This document shows, in pieces, positions 47,225 to 55,646 of a stretch of 64,000 nucleotides of DNA. This stretch comes from a virus. Its lineage: Duplodnaviria > Heunggongvirae > Uroviricota > Caudoviricetes. The notes under the pieces are model-generated. The model had not been told where the DNA came from. It made no database searches and saw only the letters and a program-made list of their open reading frames with translations. The stretch is from positions 5,683-69,682 of IMG/VR virus record IMGVR_UViG_3300007735_000926. One strand, written 5' to 3'. Positions within the stretch are counted from its first letter, which is position 1. Each line of letters begins with the position of its first letter. Made by a program: the position numbers and the translations under genes.

Positions 47225-47659
47225 TCATTTTTTATCAAAATCTGGATCAAATTCATCGAATATGTGATCTTTTACCGCTCTGGTTCTATAATAATTCCAT
47301 ATTTTTCTAGCTTCTCCCACATCTATAATTCTAACTTCATCGGGAGATATTGGTCGCCCAAAATTATCTGCCTGATTTTCCACCCTATAAATAACATCTC
47401 CTTTATAATTTTTCTGTAAATGCATTATTTTATATGGAAATAAGTTGGCAGTCCCCTTTTCGGGGGTCCAATTTTTCATAACACACCATTCTCCTATATT
47501 ATTCATCAAATCATCATTTTCCAAAGGATCAACTGAAAATAATCCTTGGAATTTTTTCAATTCTGGTGGTTTTTGTGATCTATCAGCGTTTGGAATCCGT
47601 TTCTTATCAATTGATTCTAAGTATAATTCTGATATAGCATCCCAATCTTTTTTATTCAT
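47225..47659 (-). CDS. hypothetical late protein, candidate head-internal protein
   Basis: MNKKDWDAISELYLES; TAAATA-N5-ATG fixes the start at 47659. Confidence 0.7.
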   Translation of the reverse strand: MNKKDWDAISELYLESIDKKRIPNADRSQKPPELKKFQGLFSVDPLENDDLMNNIGEWCVMKNWTPEKGTANLFPYKIMHLQKNYKGDVIYRVENQADNFGRPISPDEVRIIDVGEARKIWNYYRTRAVKDHIFDEFDPDFDKK

Positions 47660-47703
47660 AAGTATATTTAAATGAAATACCATAAAAACTACTAAATAAT
47701 ATT
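47660..47703. promoter_or_regulatory. divergent late promoter boxes
   Basis: TATTTA at 47665-47670 and TAAATA at 47693-47698, both 5 nt from ATG. Confidence 0.7.
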
Positions 47704-49305
47704 ATGAGAAATTATGGCTTTGATTATTTGGTGAAAAAAGTTCAAGTGTTGAACGAAATGGCTCCGAAAAGTAAATTCTGGAATAGTAATTTTCCAGAAT
47801 TTATGGATTTATATTTAGATGTGCAAAATAAAATGAAACAACATCCAAAAGCACCATCTGGGCCAACTCTTGGTCACAGAAGAATAGAATATATCACTCG
47901 CATGTTATTCAATTTTCTTTCAAAAGATGAACTTGCAGCGATTGGTATTGATAAGAATGCAGGTTTTGGGGCCAATGTTCGAAATTTAACAATCCGAGAT
48001 ATTCCACATGAAGAACGAATGGAAAGGGGAATTAAAAATTCCACAGAAATTACCCCAGAATATGCTAAATTTGCCCCAGTAAATTCGCGTGCTTCTTTCT
48101 TACAACAAGATTTCATGTTAGCAAAAATGGCGCTGGCATATCCAGAAAAAGCAATGTCCAAAAAGTTTGTTAATAAAGTAATGGATGATGCAAATATTGA
48201 CGCATTTTTAAACGATAATCCTTTAAAAACAGGAAGTTCCAATTTTGCATATGGAACGATAAAGAAAAAAGAAGAAATTCTCAAAATGGACATGGGGGAC
48301 GTTAATGAAATTTTAAACAAAGCCAAAGCAATAATTAAAAAACTTAGAAAATCTAAAAAATTGCCAAGAGGATTGCGTACTTCTATATACCATGCTGATA
48401 TTGAAAAAATTGGAGAAAAACCAACAGAATTCAATACTAAAAATAAATTATATCCATTGTTTGTAATGCAAACTACTTTGGAACAATTTTTGGAAATAAA
48501 ATTAAAAATCATTCAAGATATTAGAAATAAAGAAGAAATAACTCCAGAAGGAGAAAGATTGTTTAAATTTGATAGAACCATATTATCTAATCTATTAGAT
48601 ACTGTTAATAAAAGAATAGATGAGAAAAAACCACTTGAGGTGGACAAAATATATAAAAATATCATTGAAAAAATGACTGGTATTTCCGATCTGGTTCGTA
48701 GAGAATATGATGCTTTGTATAAAGAATTACAAAGCAATCCGATGGATGCATTAAAAGATCGTTATGATACCGTATTTGATATGTTGGACGACGAGCTTTT
48801 GGATAATTTGGAACGAGAAGGTACTATAAATTCAGAAGATCGTGAAATTCTTAAAAAATGGGCGAGTATTTCTGGAAATTTGCAAAAAAATATCCAAACT
48901 AGAGGTGAAAGAATCCTCCGTAAAAATATACAGAAAGGGGAACAGGCTAAACATGCTGAAGATGCCAAGAAAAAATATGAAGACCGAGGTAAAAAATGGG
49001 CTGCTAAAGAGAAACCGAATATTGATATTAAAGATGAAGTGGAAGGTTTAACAGCTTCAGAAATTGAGGAAAAATTGAGGGAAATGATGCTTGACCCCGA
49101 TGCAGATATTGAAAAAATTGATGCTATGTCCGAATATTTATCCAAACTTCAAGCAGATGGTCCCGAAGATGAAGAAGGTGTTATGGGCTACATGACTGAA
49201 CAAGTCAATAAAGACAGACATCTTAACAACATCGGAGAGTATAAAGACCGTGGATTCAAAAAGCCTAAAAATTATGCTCATTGGTTATGGATGAATGAGC
49301 AATAA
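47704..49305 (+). CDS. large helical hypothetical late protein, candidate head-internal protein
   Basis: 533 aa; VLNEMA early motif; late box. Confidence 0.7.
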   Translation: MRNYGFDYLVKKVQVLNEMAPKSKFWNSNFPEFMDLYLDVQNKMKQHPKAPSGPTLGHRRIEYITRMLFNFLSKDELAAIGIDKNAGFGANVRNLTIRDIPHEERMERGIKNSTEITPEYAKFAPVNSRASFLQQDFMLAKMALAYPEKAMSKKFVNKVMDDANIDAFLNDNPLKTGSSNFAYGTIKKKEEILKMDMGDVNEILNKAKAIIKKLRKSKKLPRGLRTSIYHADIEKIGEKPTEFNTKNKLYPLFVMQTTLEQFLEIKLKIIQDIRNKEEITPEGERLFKFDRTILSNLLDTVNKRIDEKKPLEVDKIYKNIIEKMTGISDLVRREYDALYKELQSNPMDALKDRYDTVFDMLDDELLDNLEREGTINSEDREILKKWASISGNLQKNIQTRGERILRKNIQKGEQAKHAEDAKKKYEDRGKKWAAKEKPNIDIKDEVEGLTASEIEEKLREMMLDPDADIEKIDAMSEYLSKLQADGPEDEEGVMGYMTEQVNKDRHLNNIGEYKDRGFKKPKNYAHWLWMNEQ

Positions 49306-49313
49306 ATTCAATT

Positions 49314-49955
49314 ATGGATTACACGATAGATTTAATAGATAAAAACTTAGCAAAAAAGTTAATAAAAGAAAACCATTATTCACACGCATGGACTCCTTCT
49401 AGGTATACATTGGGGTTATTTGATGGGGAGAATTTAATCGGGGTTGCAGTGTATGGTTTTCCTGTTGGGAGACAAACTGTTAAATCTATTACACCCAATT
49501 TAGAGAATAAAGATGTTTTAGAATTAAAAAGACTGTGGCTTATAGACGAAGCACCGAAAAATAGTGAAAGTTATTTCATAGGTAAAACTTTCGATTGGTT
49601 GAGAAAAAATACTAATATTAAAGTTTTAGTTAGTTATTCGGACGCGACATACAATCATTTAGGCATTATTTACCAAGCAACAAATTGGTTGTATCAGGGT
49701 AATAAAATTGCGGGTGGAAATGGGTATTTGCATAAAATACATGGAAAACTTACAAACCAAAGAAGTGTTTGTGTTGTATATAAAACAATTAAACGTGAAG
49801 AATTAATTAAAATTGATCCCAATTACGAAAAAGTCAAGATAAAGAAAAAACATAGATACATTTATATTTTACATAAAAAAGATCGTAAAAAGATATTAAG
49901 CGAATTGAAGCATAAACCAATGCCTTATCCGAAAGATAATCTTAATAGTGATTGA
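49314..49955 (+). CDS. Mom-like (GNAT-fold) DNA adenine modification enzyme
   Basis: HYSH, LIGVAVYG, LELKRLW...PKNSESYFI, LVSYSD...HLGIIYQATNWLYQG, KHRYIY. Confidence 0.82.
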   Translation: MDYTIDLIDKNLAKKLIKENHYSHAWTPSRYTLGLFDGENLIGVAVYGFPVGRQTVKSITPNLENKDVLELKRLWLIDEAPKNSESYFIGKTFDWLRKNTNIKVLVSYSDATYNHLGIIYQATNWLYQGNKIAGGNGYLHKIHGKLTNQRSVCVVYKTIKREELIKIDPNYEKVKIKKKHRYIYILHKKDRKKILSELKHKPMPYPKDNLNSD

Positions 49956-49980
49956 CGTTCATGAAATGATTGATAAGTGA

Positions 49981-50009
49981 AATGCCACTGAGTTTTTCTC
50001 AGTGGCATT
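49981..50009. terminator. hairpin between convergent mom-like and uvsX genes (probably bidirectional)
   Basis: AATGCCACTGAG-ttttt-CTCAGTGGCATT perfect 12-bp stem. Confidence 0.8.
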
Positions 50010-50012
50010 AAT

Positions 50013-51134
50013 TTATTCATCAATCTCGTTATCTTCTTCCAATTCGATAAGATTATCTTCTTCAGGAGCAGAACCATAAGCCCAATGTTCCTTGATTCTT
50101 TTCTCAAGTTCAGGAAGCAATTTATTTTCCCAAAGATCAATATCCTTACTCCAAACCTTGTAGTATCCGAGCTTGTTATTTTCCCAATCGGTGTAAGAAG
50201 AACCAGAATTATCGACAACTCCCATACCTTTCATGATATCGAGCAATCCATAATACTTGTCCAGACCTTTACTGAAAGACAAATAGAATTCACCTTCAAG
50301 GTATTGCTTGATAAAGCGATTCTTGACTGTTAAGGCGCGGATGACAACACCAGAGTAATTCTTCTGTGACGCTGCCAATTTATCATTCACCTGCTTGTTG
50401 TCAGCATCTTTGACAAGCTTTCTAGCAAGTTGAACAGTCACAGATGGGAGATACACCGCTGCCTTGCCACCCGGCATGTTCTTCTCCAGAGAAGGATACA
50501 TGGCACTGGGATCATCGTAAACATGGTTGGTGATGATGATAGGAGTCTTGGTGAGAGTTGACATGTTGGTGCATGTCTTCAAAAGACTCTTGACAGATTT
50601 AGCGAATGTTCCCATATCAGCAGACATGGAATCCTTATCCATCCGTGATAATTCCATTTCAGAGTTCAAGTTTGCCAGAGAATCAATGGCGATAATAAAT
50701 TTACCAAATTGTTTCTTCTCTCTAACATTTTTCAAGAACTTGTAAATAGCATTTCTTGTTTGCTCCACCGATTCACAACCAACATATTTAACTTTGGTGA
50801 TATCCAAACCAAATTTGGCAGCAGACTCAGGATCAATCGCACCTTCCGTGTCAAAAATGACAGGAATCATGCCTTTCTTCTGAGCATTCGCGAGAATTTG
50901 CATAACCAAACCACTCTTAAAGCTCTGAGATGGCCCTGCCAACTGTGTGATGCGCCCCTTGGGGACGCCACCATACAGTGAACCAGAAATCAAAGCATTG
51001 AGAACCATACTTCCTGTGTCGATCCAGTCATTCACACTAGAAAGAGTGGAATCACTCAGATAAGCTGAGTATGGAACAACATCATCCAAAGCGTTCAAAG
51101 ACGCTAAAATATCTTTATCTAATTTATCACTCAT
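50013..51134 (-). CDS. uvsX: RecA-like recombinase (UvsX)
   Basis: IDTGS..LN..ISG, GPSQSFKS, FDTE, IAIDSL, TNHVY, PGGK, KNRF. Confidence 0.93.
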   Translation of the reverse strand: MSDKLDKDILASLNALDDVVPYSAYLSDSTLSSVNDWIDTGSMVLNALISGSLYGGVPKGRITQLAGPSQSFKSGLVMQILANAQKKGMIPVIFDTEGAIDPESAAKFGLDITKVKYVGCESVEQTRNAIYKFLKNVREKKQFGKFIIAIDSLANLNSEMELSRMDKDSMSADMGTFAKSVKSLLKTCTNMSTLTKTPIIITNHVYDDPSAMYPSLEKNMPGGKAAVYLPSVTVQLARKLVKDADNKQVNDKLAASQKNYSGVVIRALTVKNRFIKQYLEGEFYLSFSKGLDKYYGLLDIMKGMGVVDNSGSSYTDWENNKLGYYKVWSKDIDLWENKLLPELEKRIKEHWAYGSAPEEDNLIELEEDNEIDE

Positions 51135-51140
51135 ATTTTA

Positions 51141-51356
51141 TCAACAATATTTTGTTTCGGTATTTATTTTTCTAAAAGGATTATTGATCAATAAATGTGA
51201 AAAATCCGGTTCTGAATCATTTCTCTCGGGTGTCACCTTGGCAAACACCAAGTCCAAATGATCACGGATAATTTGGACTTGGTTATCGGACAGACAATTG
51301 CTATCCGAAATCTCAAAATAACCCTTCAACCAGTATGTGAATGTTTCAGGGGTCAT
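51141..51356 (-). CDS. small hypothetical protein (MTPETFTYWLKGYFE type)
   Basis: 71 aa; motif recalled from phage hypothetical proteins. Confidence 0.7.
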   Translation of the reverse strand: MTPETFTYWLKGYFEISDSNCLSDNQVQIIRDHLDLVFAKVTPERNDSEPDFSHLLINNPFRKINTETKYC

Positions 51357-51358
51357 GA

Positions 51359-51712
51359 TTATAGGTCATTAATCGAAATGACTTTTGGCGATGATGTTGG
51401 GGCAGATGGCACTTCAACTGGAGGAGTGTTGATCTTCTCATACTGAGAAATGATTCTTTCATCCAAGACGACATCGCTAATTACGATGCTGCTCTTATTA
51501 AATGACCAATTATTTTGCCCGCGAAATTCCTTATTGATAAATTCAAAGAAGAAAATAGGGAAACTTTGGACTTGAATTTGGCCGGATTGTTCGGGTTGCG
51601 CGAACAAAATAACAGGATTATTAAGTGTGATTCGGTCATCCGTTTCAGCAACAAGCTTGCCGATGATGTTGCGTCCGATTTGATCAATGATTACTACGTA
51701 TTTTTCTTTCAT
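51359..51712 (-). CDS. hypothetical protein, possible Sm-like beta fold
   Basis: IIGKL...ITLNNPV pattern. Confidence 0.55.
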   Translation of the reverse strand: MKEKYVVIIDQIGRNIIGKLVAETDDRITLNNPVILFAQPEQSGQIQVQSFPIFFFEFINKEFRGQNNWSFNKSSIVISDVVLDERIISQYEKINTPPVEVPSAPTSSPKVISINDL

Positions 51713-51732
51713 ATTGTTTGTATTTTAATGTA

Positions 51733-51984
51733 TTACTTGGCTTTTTCAAGCTCTAATTTGTTGTTTTGTATTTTTTTCTGAAATCCTAATGCTACTCCAT
51801 GCTTCCCCTCTGCCATCTTGAAATAATAATCAGAACGTTCTTTGATTACTTTACGAACAATTTCCAACCTTGGATTGACGAAAGGCGTGTCATATTCCTT
51901 ATCATTCAATAGATTGATGAAATTATCAATAATTTGATTTTCTGCATCATCTAAACCCTTATTATATGCTGTTTGTAAGTCCAT
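51733..51984 (-). CDS. hypothetical protein
   Basis: 83 aa ORF. Confidence 0.6.
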   Translation of the reverse strand: MDLQTAYNKGLDDAENQIIDNFINLLNDKEYDTPFVNPRLEIVRKVIKERSDYYFKMAEGKHGVALGFQKKIQNNKLELEKAK

Positions 51985-51998
51985 ATTATAAAATTTGT

Positions 51999-52066
51999 GC
52001 AGGGTTTATCATCATTCTTACTGGACATACTCCTGCTTATTCCAGATCAGATCAGAGCGACTGATC
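51999..52066 (-). ncRNA. candidate structured RNA element (hairpin plus H-type pseudoknot)
   Basis: GAUCAG/CUGAUC, CUGGA/UCCAG, and loop GCAGG pairing with downstream CCUGC. Confidence 0.35.
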
Positions 52067-52074
52067 AACCATTG

Positions 52075-52308
52075 TTACGCATTCTCCACAAATGCGTATA
52101 ATTCTTTCGCTCTCTTAATAATAGATTCGGTAGTCGGTAATAGATCAGTGATGATTTTCTCATCAATCTTAGATTCTACATAACCATCATCACCAATCAT
52201 TTTCTTTTTGGAGTTTTCCAACTTCTGATGGTAAATTTCCATCAAGTCTCCATGTGCGATGTCCAATATATCGAGCCTTATCTCGTATGCGTTTTTGTTT
52301 GTGTTCAT
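52075..52308 (-). CDS. small phage protein (NAYEIRLDIL...PTTESIIKRAKELYAFV type)
   Basis: 77 aa; motif recalled from aquatic T4-like phages; late box with hairpin leader. Confidence 0.75.
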   Translation of the reverse strand: MNTNKNAYEIRLDILDIAHGDLMEIYHQKLENSKKKMIGDDGYVESKIDEKIITDLLPTTESIIKRAKELYAFVENA

Positions 52309-52373
52309 TTGTGTGTAATGTTAGGGTGTTTTGCCTAACGAGATTATTTACAACATTTCAAAGAAATGCAATA

Positions 52374-52739
52374 TTATTTTGAATAATCTTTTGGATTCTT
52401 TGCTTGAAGATAAACTTCACCATATGCTTCAAGAGTTCCCGTGATCATTTGAAAATCTTTTTGTGAAAGAGAATCCAGATCTTTGAGTTTGGCATAAGCT
52501 TCTTTATATTTTTCTTTGAAGTGAGATTCTTTATCGTCCTTTTTAGCCTTTCTCAAAGCATCGGCATATGGTTTTACCTTACCAGCGAAGTGGTAAGCTG
52601 TTAAAATAGTAAAGGAGCCTTTCTTTCTAGCTGATTCTTCTATTTTCTTTGCACCAGCTGCTCTTTTGCTGACAAATGTAGGGAAGAGAGTATCAACGAG
52701 TTCATTTATAAGTTTTTCAAATAAAGCTGTAAATTGCAT
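52374..52739 (-). CDS. basic hypothetical late protein, candidate head-internal protein
   Basis: MQFTALFEKLINE; TAAGTA-N5-ATG. Confidence 0.7.
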   Translation of the reverse strand: MQFTALFEKLINELVDTLFPTFVSKRAAGAKKIEESARKKGSFTILTAYHFAGKVKPYADALRKAKKDDKESHFKEKYKEAYAKLKDLDSLSQKDFQMITGTLEAYGEVYLQAKNPKDYSK

Positions 52740-52757
52740 AATATTACTTAATAGATG

Positions 52758-55283
52758 TCATTCTCCAAATAAATCTGTCAATTCTACTGTGAGATTTTCC
52801 GATGGCTTTCTCAATTTCCAACCAACTGCTTCGTAAAATCTCTCGATTGCAGCGTAAAAAACCTTACCAAACATTTTCTCATAATCAACATGGAAAATAT
52901 CGTCAAATTCTTCAGGCCATTCGCCTTTAAATCCAATCATCTCTAAATTATACTTGTTTGGTTTCTTAATATACACCATTCTAACCTTATCGCCAGTCTT
53001 AAATTTATCATATTTGGATGACCAACCATTTTGTTCAACGATCAAATCATGAAAATAAGCAGCTTTCAAATGACTTGGCATTCCCTTCACAGTATTCATC
53101 CCTTTGCATCTCGATGAATATTCGTCATAATTGTTCATGCCGGAAATCTTAGAAATGTCGGTGATGGATAACTTCTTGAATTCCTCATATGCTTCGTTGA
53201 AAAGATCATTAGTTTCTTTAAAAGATTGTGTCATGATCATATGTTCGATCACCTTTTTCACATATGGTTTCACCTTCTTGGGCATGGTCGTTTTCACAAC
53301 ATCGACACCAATGTATTTGAATTTGTTCATGACAACTCCCTCTTCATCCAATTTATGGAGAGCATAATATTTTTTACCGATGAAAATGCCACTGTCGCAG
53401 ATACTCTCTCTCTTAAACACGAATCTAGGATCAATGCTTCTCAAATGTTGTCTGGCCCATTTTGCGATGCCATCGTTCACAAAATCTTCAATGTCTTGAC
53501 ATAATCCATAAAATTTATCAGACACTTTATCACCATCTTTCAAGTAGTATCCAATTTTTTCGAATATCTTCAAAGAAGTGTAAAAGCTATCAGTATCGTT
53601 GTATATCAAAGATTTTTCAATTTCTTCTTTATTATCAAAATACTGTAATAGGTAATCTGTAAAAAGCTCATTACTTTTCTTGATAACCGCTTGACCTGTC
53701 AAAGTGACCGATGTTCCGATATCCTCATCTCCGAGAGGAGCATATTTATTGAGCATGTATCCATAGAGAGAATTGAGGTGAATTTTATAAGCATATTGGA
53801 TGCTATCAAATTTCTGCTCATTTTCCTTTTCTCCTCTCTTTCGAGCATCTAACATCTTATTCTTCATTTCTTTTCTCTTGGAATACAGATTGTCCAAGAA
53901 TTCCGGGACTAGACCACGCTTCTTTTGAGAGAAGAGAAATCCTGCTTTGGTTAAAGCTGCTTTTTCTTCATCGATGAACTTTTTAAAATTTTCTTTGTTC
54001 ATTTCAAAAACCCTTCCCGACACATGATGGATTTTCACTTTATCACCATCCTTCTCGACCCTACCAATTTTCGTTTCAGGAGAGAGATTCAAAGAAATCA
54101 TCACGGATGGATACAGTGAGTTTGCATCAAATGATACGATGTTCTCTGCAAATCCAGTTCTTGGTTCGGCAACGTAGCCACCGGGTGCCCTATAATCCGT
54201 TACAGGGCGAATAAATGTGGGGATGTATTCTCCGCGCATACGGGCGCGAATGGCGATAGCTCCGTTCATAGGTGGAAGTGTTTTAATAGCACTCTCCAAA
54301 TCACATAATCCCGTATAAGCTAGGAATCTAAGGAGGTTGATGTAACCTTTCTTTTCATCCAATTTAACACAAATCTCAACATCTCGGATGTTGTAATCCG
54401 TGTATGTATACCAATCTTTTTTGGCCAATTCCCACAGGTTACCTTCGTGTTGGATTTTATTGATACCCAATTCGACTTCTCCGATATTATCCAACTTGTA
54501 TGACTCTTGCTTCTCCAAGCTGAATTTCATATACATCACATAATAATCCAGAATGGAAATACCTTCGATTACATACTCCTTAGTAGGCATACCAAATTTG
54601 CCATTCGGATTGGTCTTTTCATAAATCCTTTCAATTGGTGACAATTTCTTGGCCCAATCTTCTCCCAATTCGAATGTGATTCGATTGATCAAATACGGAA
54701 TATCAAATCCTGCTATGTTCCATCCACTGATAATGTCGAACTCTTCTTTTCTAAAGAACTTGATGAAAGTTTTGAGTAAATCTTCCTCCGATTTACACCA
54801 ATAGTATTTGACATCATCTCTAGTCGTGTGGTAATTCCTCAAACCGAAGACATGATACATTCTGGAAAATGAATCAAACACTGTAATCAGATTGATCACA
54901 GCTTCAGCTGATTCTGGTTCTGGGAATTTATCGGGATGAGGGCACTCAATATCGAGATAAGCAACTTTCAAAGGATATTGAGAAAAATTGTCATCCTCAC
55001 AAACTGACCAATAATTGTCAACTAAGAATTGTTGATAGGCTGGGAGATTTTCATAAATTCTCTTGATATTACTATCCTTAACAAAGTTGTTCCTATCGTA
55101 GGATGATTGAAACTCTCTCTTTTTCAGAGTAGTTCCATAGATTGATTTTTCTTTACCCTTTTTATCCTCTAACAGGATGTATGGTTTGAAATCATGTTCT
55201 TCCTTAATACGTTCACCATACTCATTCCATGTCCATAGAAAAATTTTACGATCTTTATTTGAGTAAATACAGTTTCTATACAT
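52758..55283 (-). CDS. gp43: family B DNA polymerase (T4 gp43-like)
   Basis: Exo motifs DIE, GWN...FDIPY, YNIRDV; Pol motifs SFDANSLYPS, KIHLNSLYG, YNDTDS, KKYY. Confidence 0.97.
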   Translation of the reverse strand: MYRNCIYSNKDRKIFLWTWNEYGERIKEEHDFKPYILLEDKKGKEKSIYGTTLKKREFQSSYDRNNFVKDSNIKRIYENLPAYQQFLVDNYWSVCEDDNFSQYPLKVAYLDIECPHPDKFPEPESAEAVINLITVFDSFSRMYHVFGLRNYHTTRDDVKYYWCKSEEDLLKTFIKFFRKEEFDIISGWNIAGFDIPYLINRITFELGEDWAKKLSPIERIYEKTNPNGKFGMPTKEYVIEGISILDYYVMYMKFSLEKQESYKLDNIGEVELGINKIQHEGNLWELAKKDWYTYTDYNIRDVEICVKLDEKKGYINLLRFLAYTGLCDLESAIKTLPPMNGAIAIRARMRGEYIPTFIRPVTDYRAPGGYVAEPRTGFAENIVSFDANSLYPSVMISLNLSPETKIGRVEKDGDKVKIHHVSGRVFEMNKENFKKFIDEEKAALTKAGFLFSQKKRGLVPEFLDNLYSKRKEMKNKMLDARKRGEKENEQKFDSIQYAYKIHLNSLYGYMLNKYAPLGDEDIGTSVTLTGQAVIKKSNELFTDYLLQYFDNKEEIEKSLIYNDTDSFYTSLKIFEKIGYYLKDGDKVSDKFYGLCQDIEDFVNDGIAKWARQHLRSIDPRFVFKRESICDSGIFIGKKYYALHKLDEEGVVMNKFKYIGVDVVKTTMPKKVKPYVKKVIEHMIMTQSFKETNDLFNEAYEEFKKLSITDISKISGMNNYDEYSSRCKGMNTVKGMPSHLKAAYFHDLIVEQNGWSSKYDKFKTGDKVRMVYIKKPNKYNLEMIGFKGEWPEEFDDIFHVDYEKMFGKVFYAAIERFYEAVGWKLRKPSENLTVELTDLFGE

Positions 55284-55284
55284 T

Positions 55285-55611
55285 TTAGTCTATATCAAAG
55301 TTTCTTTCACCGCATTGAGGGCAGACGGCAGTATCTTTATCTTTCTCCCACTGTTCCAAAGTGACCCATTTCATATTACGAATTCTTTTGGCATATTTTT
55401 CATATTGTCTTGCCAAGACTTCTCTAGTAGAAACATATCCCTCATCTTTCAACCATTGGTAATCATCTGAAAACAATTCATCGAGTTTGTGCAAATCCTT
55501 TCCACACAAATAATTATTCCAACTAGAAAGATATTTTGCAGGATTATAACCATTTTCCGAATAAAAATCATCCTGACTCCAATCGCAACTGTGACAATGT
55601 AAATATGACAT
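55285..55611 (-). CDS. hypothetical Zn-finger-like protein
   Basis: CHSC and CPQC motifs; own promoter. Confidence 0.65.
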   Translation of the reverse strand: MSYLHCHSCDWSQDDFYSENGYNPAKYLSSWNNYLCGKDLHKLDELFSDDYQWLKDEGYVSTREVLARQYEKYAKRIRNMKWVTLEQWEKDKDTAVCPQCGERNFDID

Positions 55612-55645
55612 GAATTGATCATATCATGATAAATTTGATTGTCAA
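55612..55645 (-). promoter_or_regulatory. sigma70-like promoter, leaderless
   Basis: TTGACA-N16(with TG)-TATGAT-N6-ATG. Confidence 0.65.
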
Positions 55646-55646
55646 A

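Noticed and set aside
47874-49145. Several long minus-strand ORFs (212, 74 and 127 aa)
   Set aside because: Antisense shadows of the 533-aa plus-strand gene, which has a late promoter.
52758-55283. Intein or intron in the polymerase (terminase, helicase and UvsX also checked)
   Set aside because: Lengths are ordinary and motifs are contiguous; no intein termini or interrupted frames were seen.
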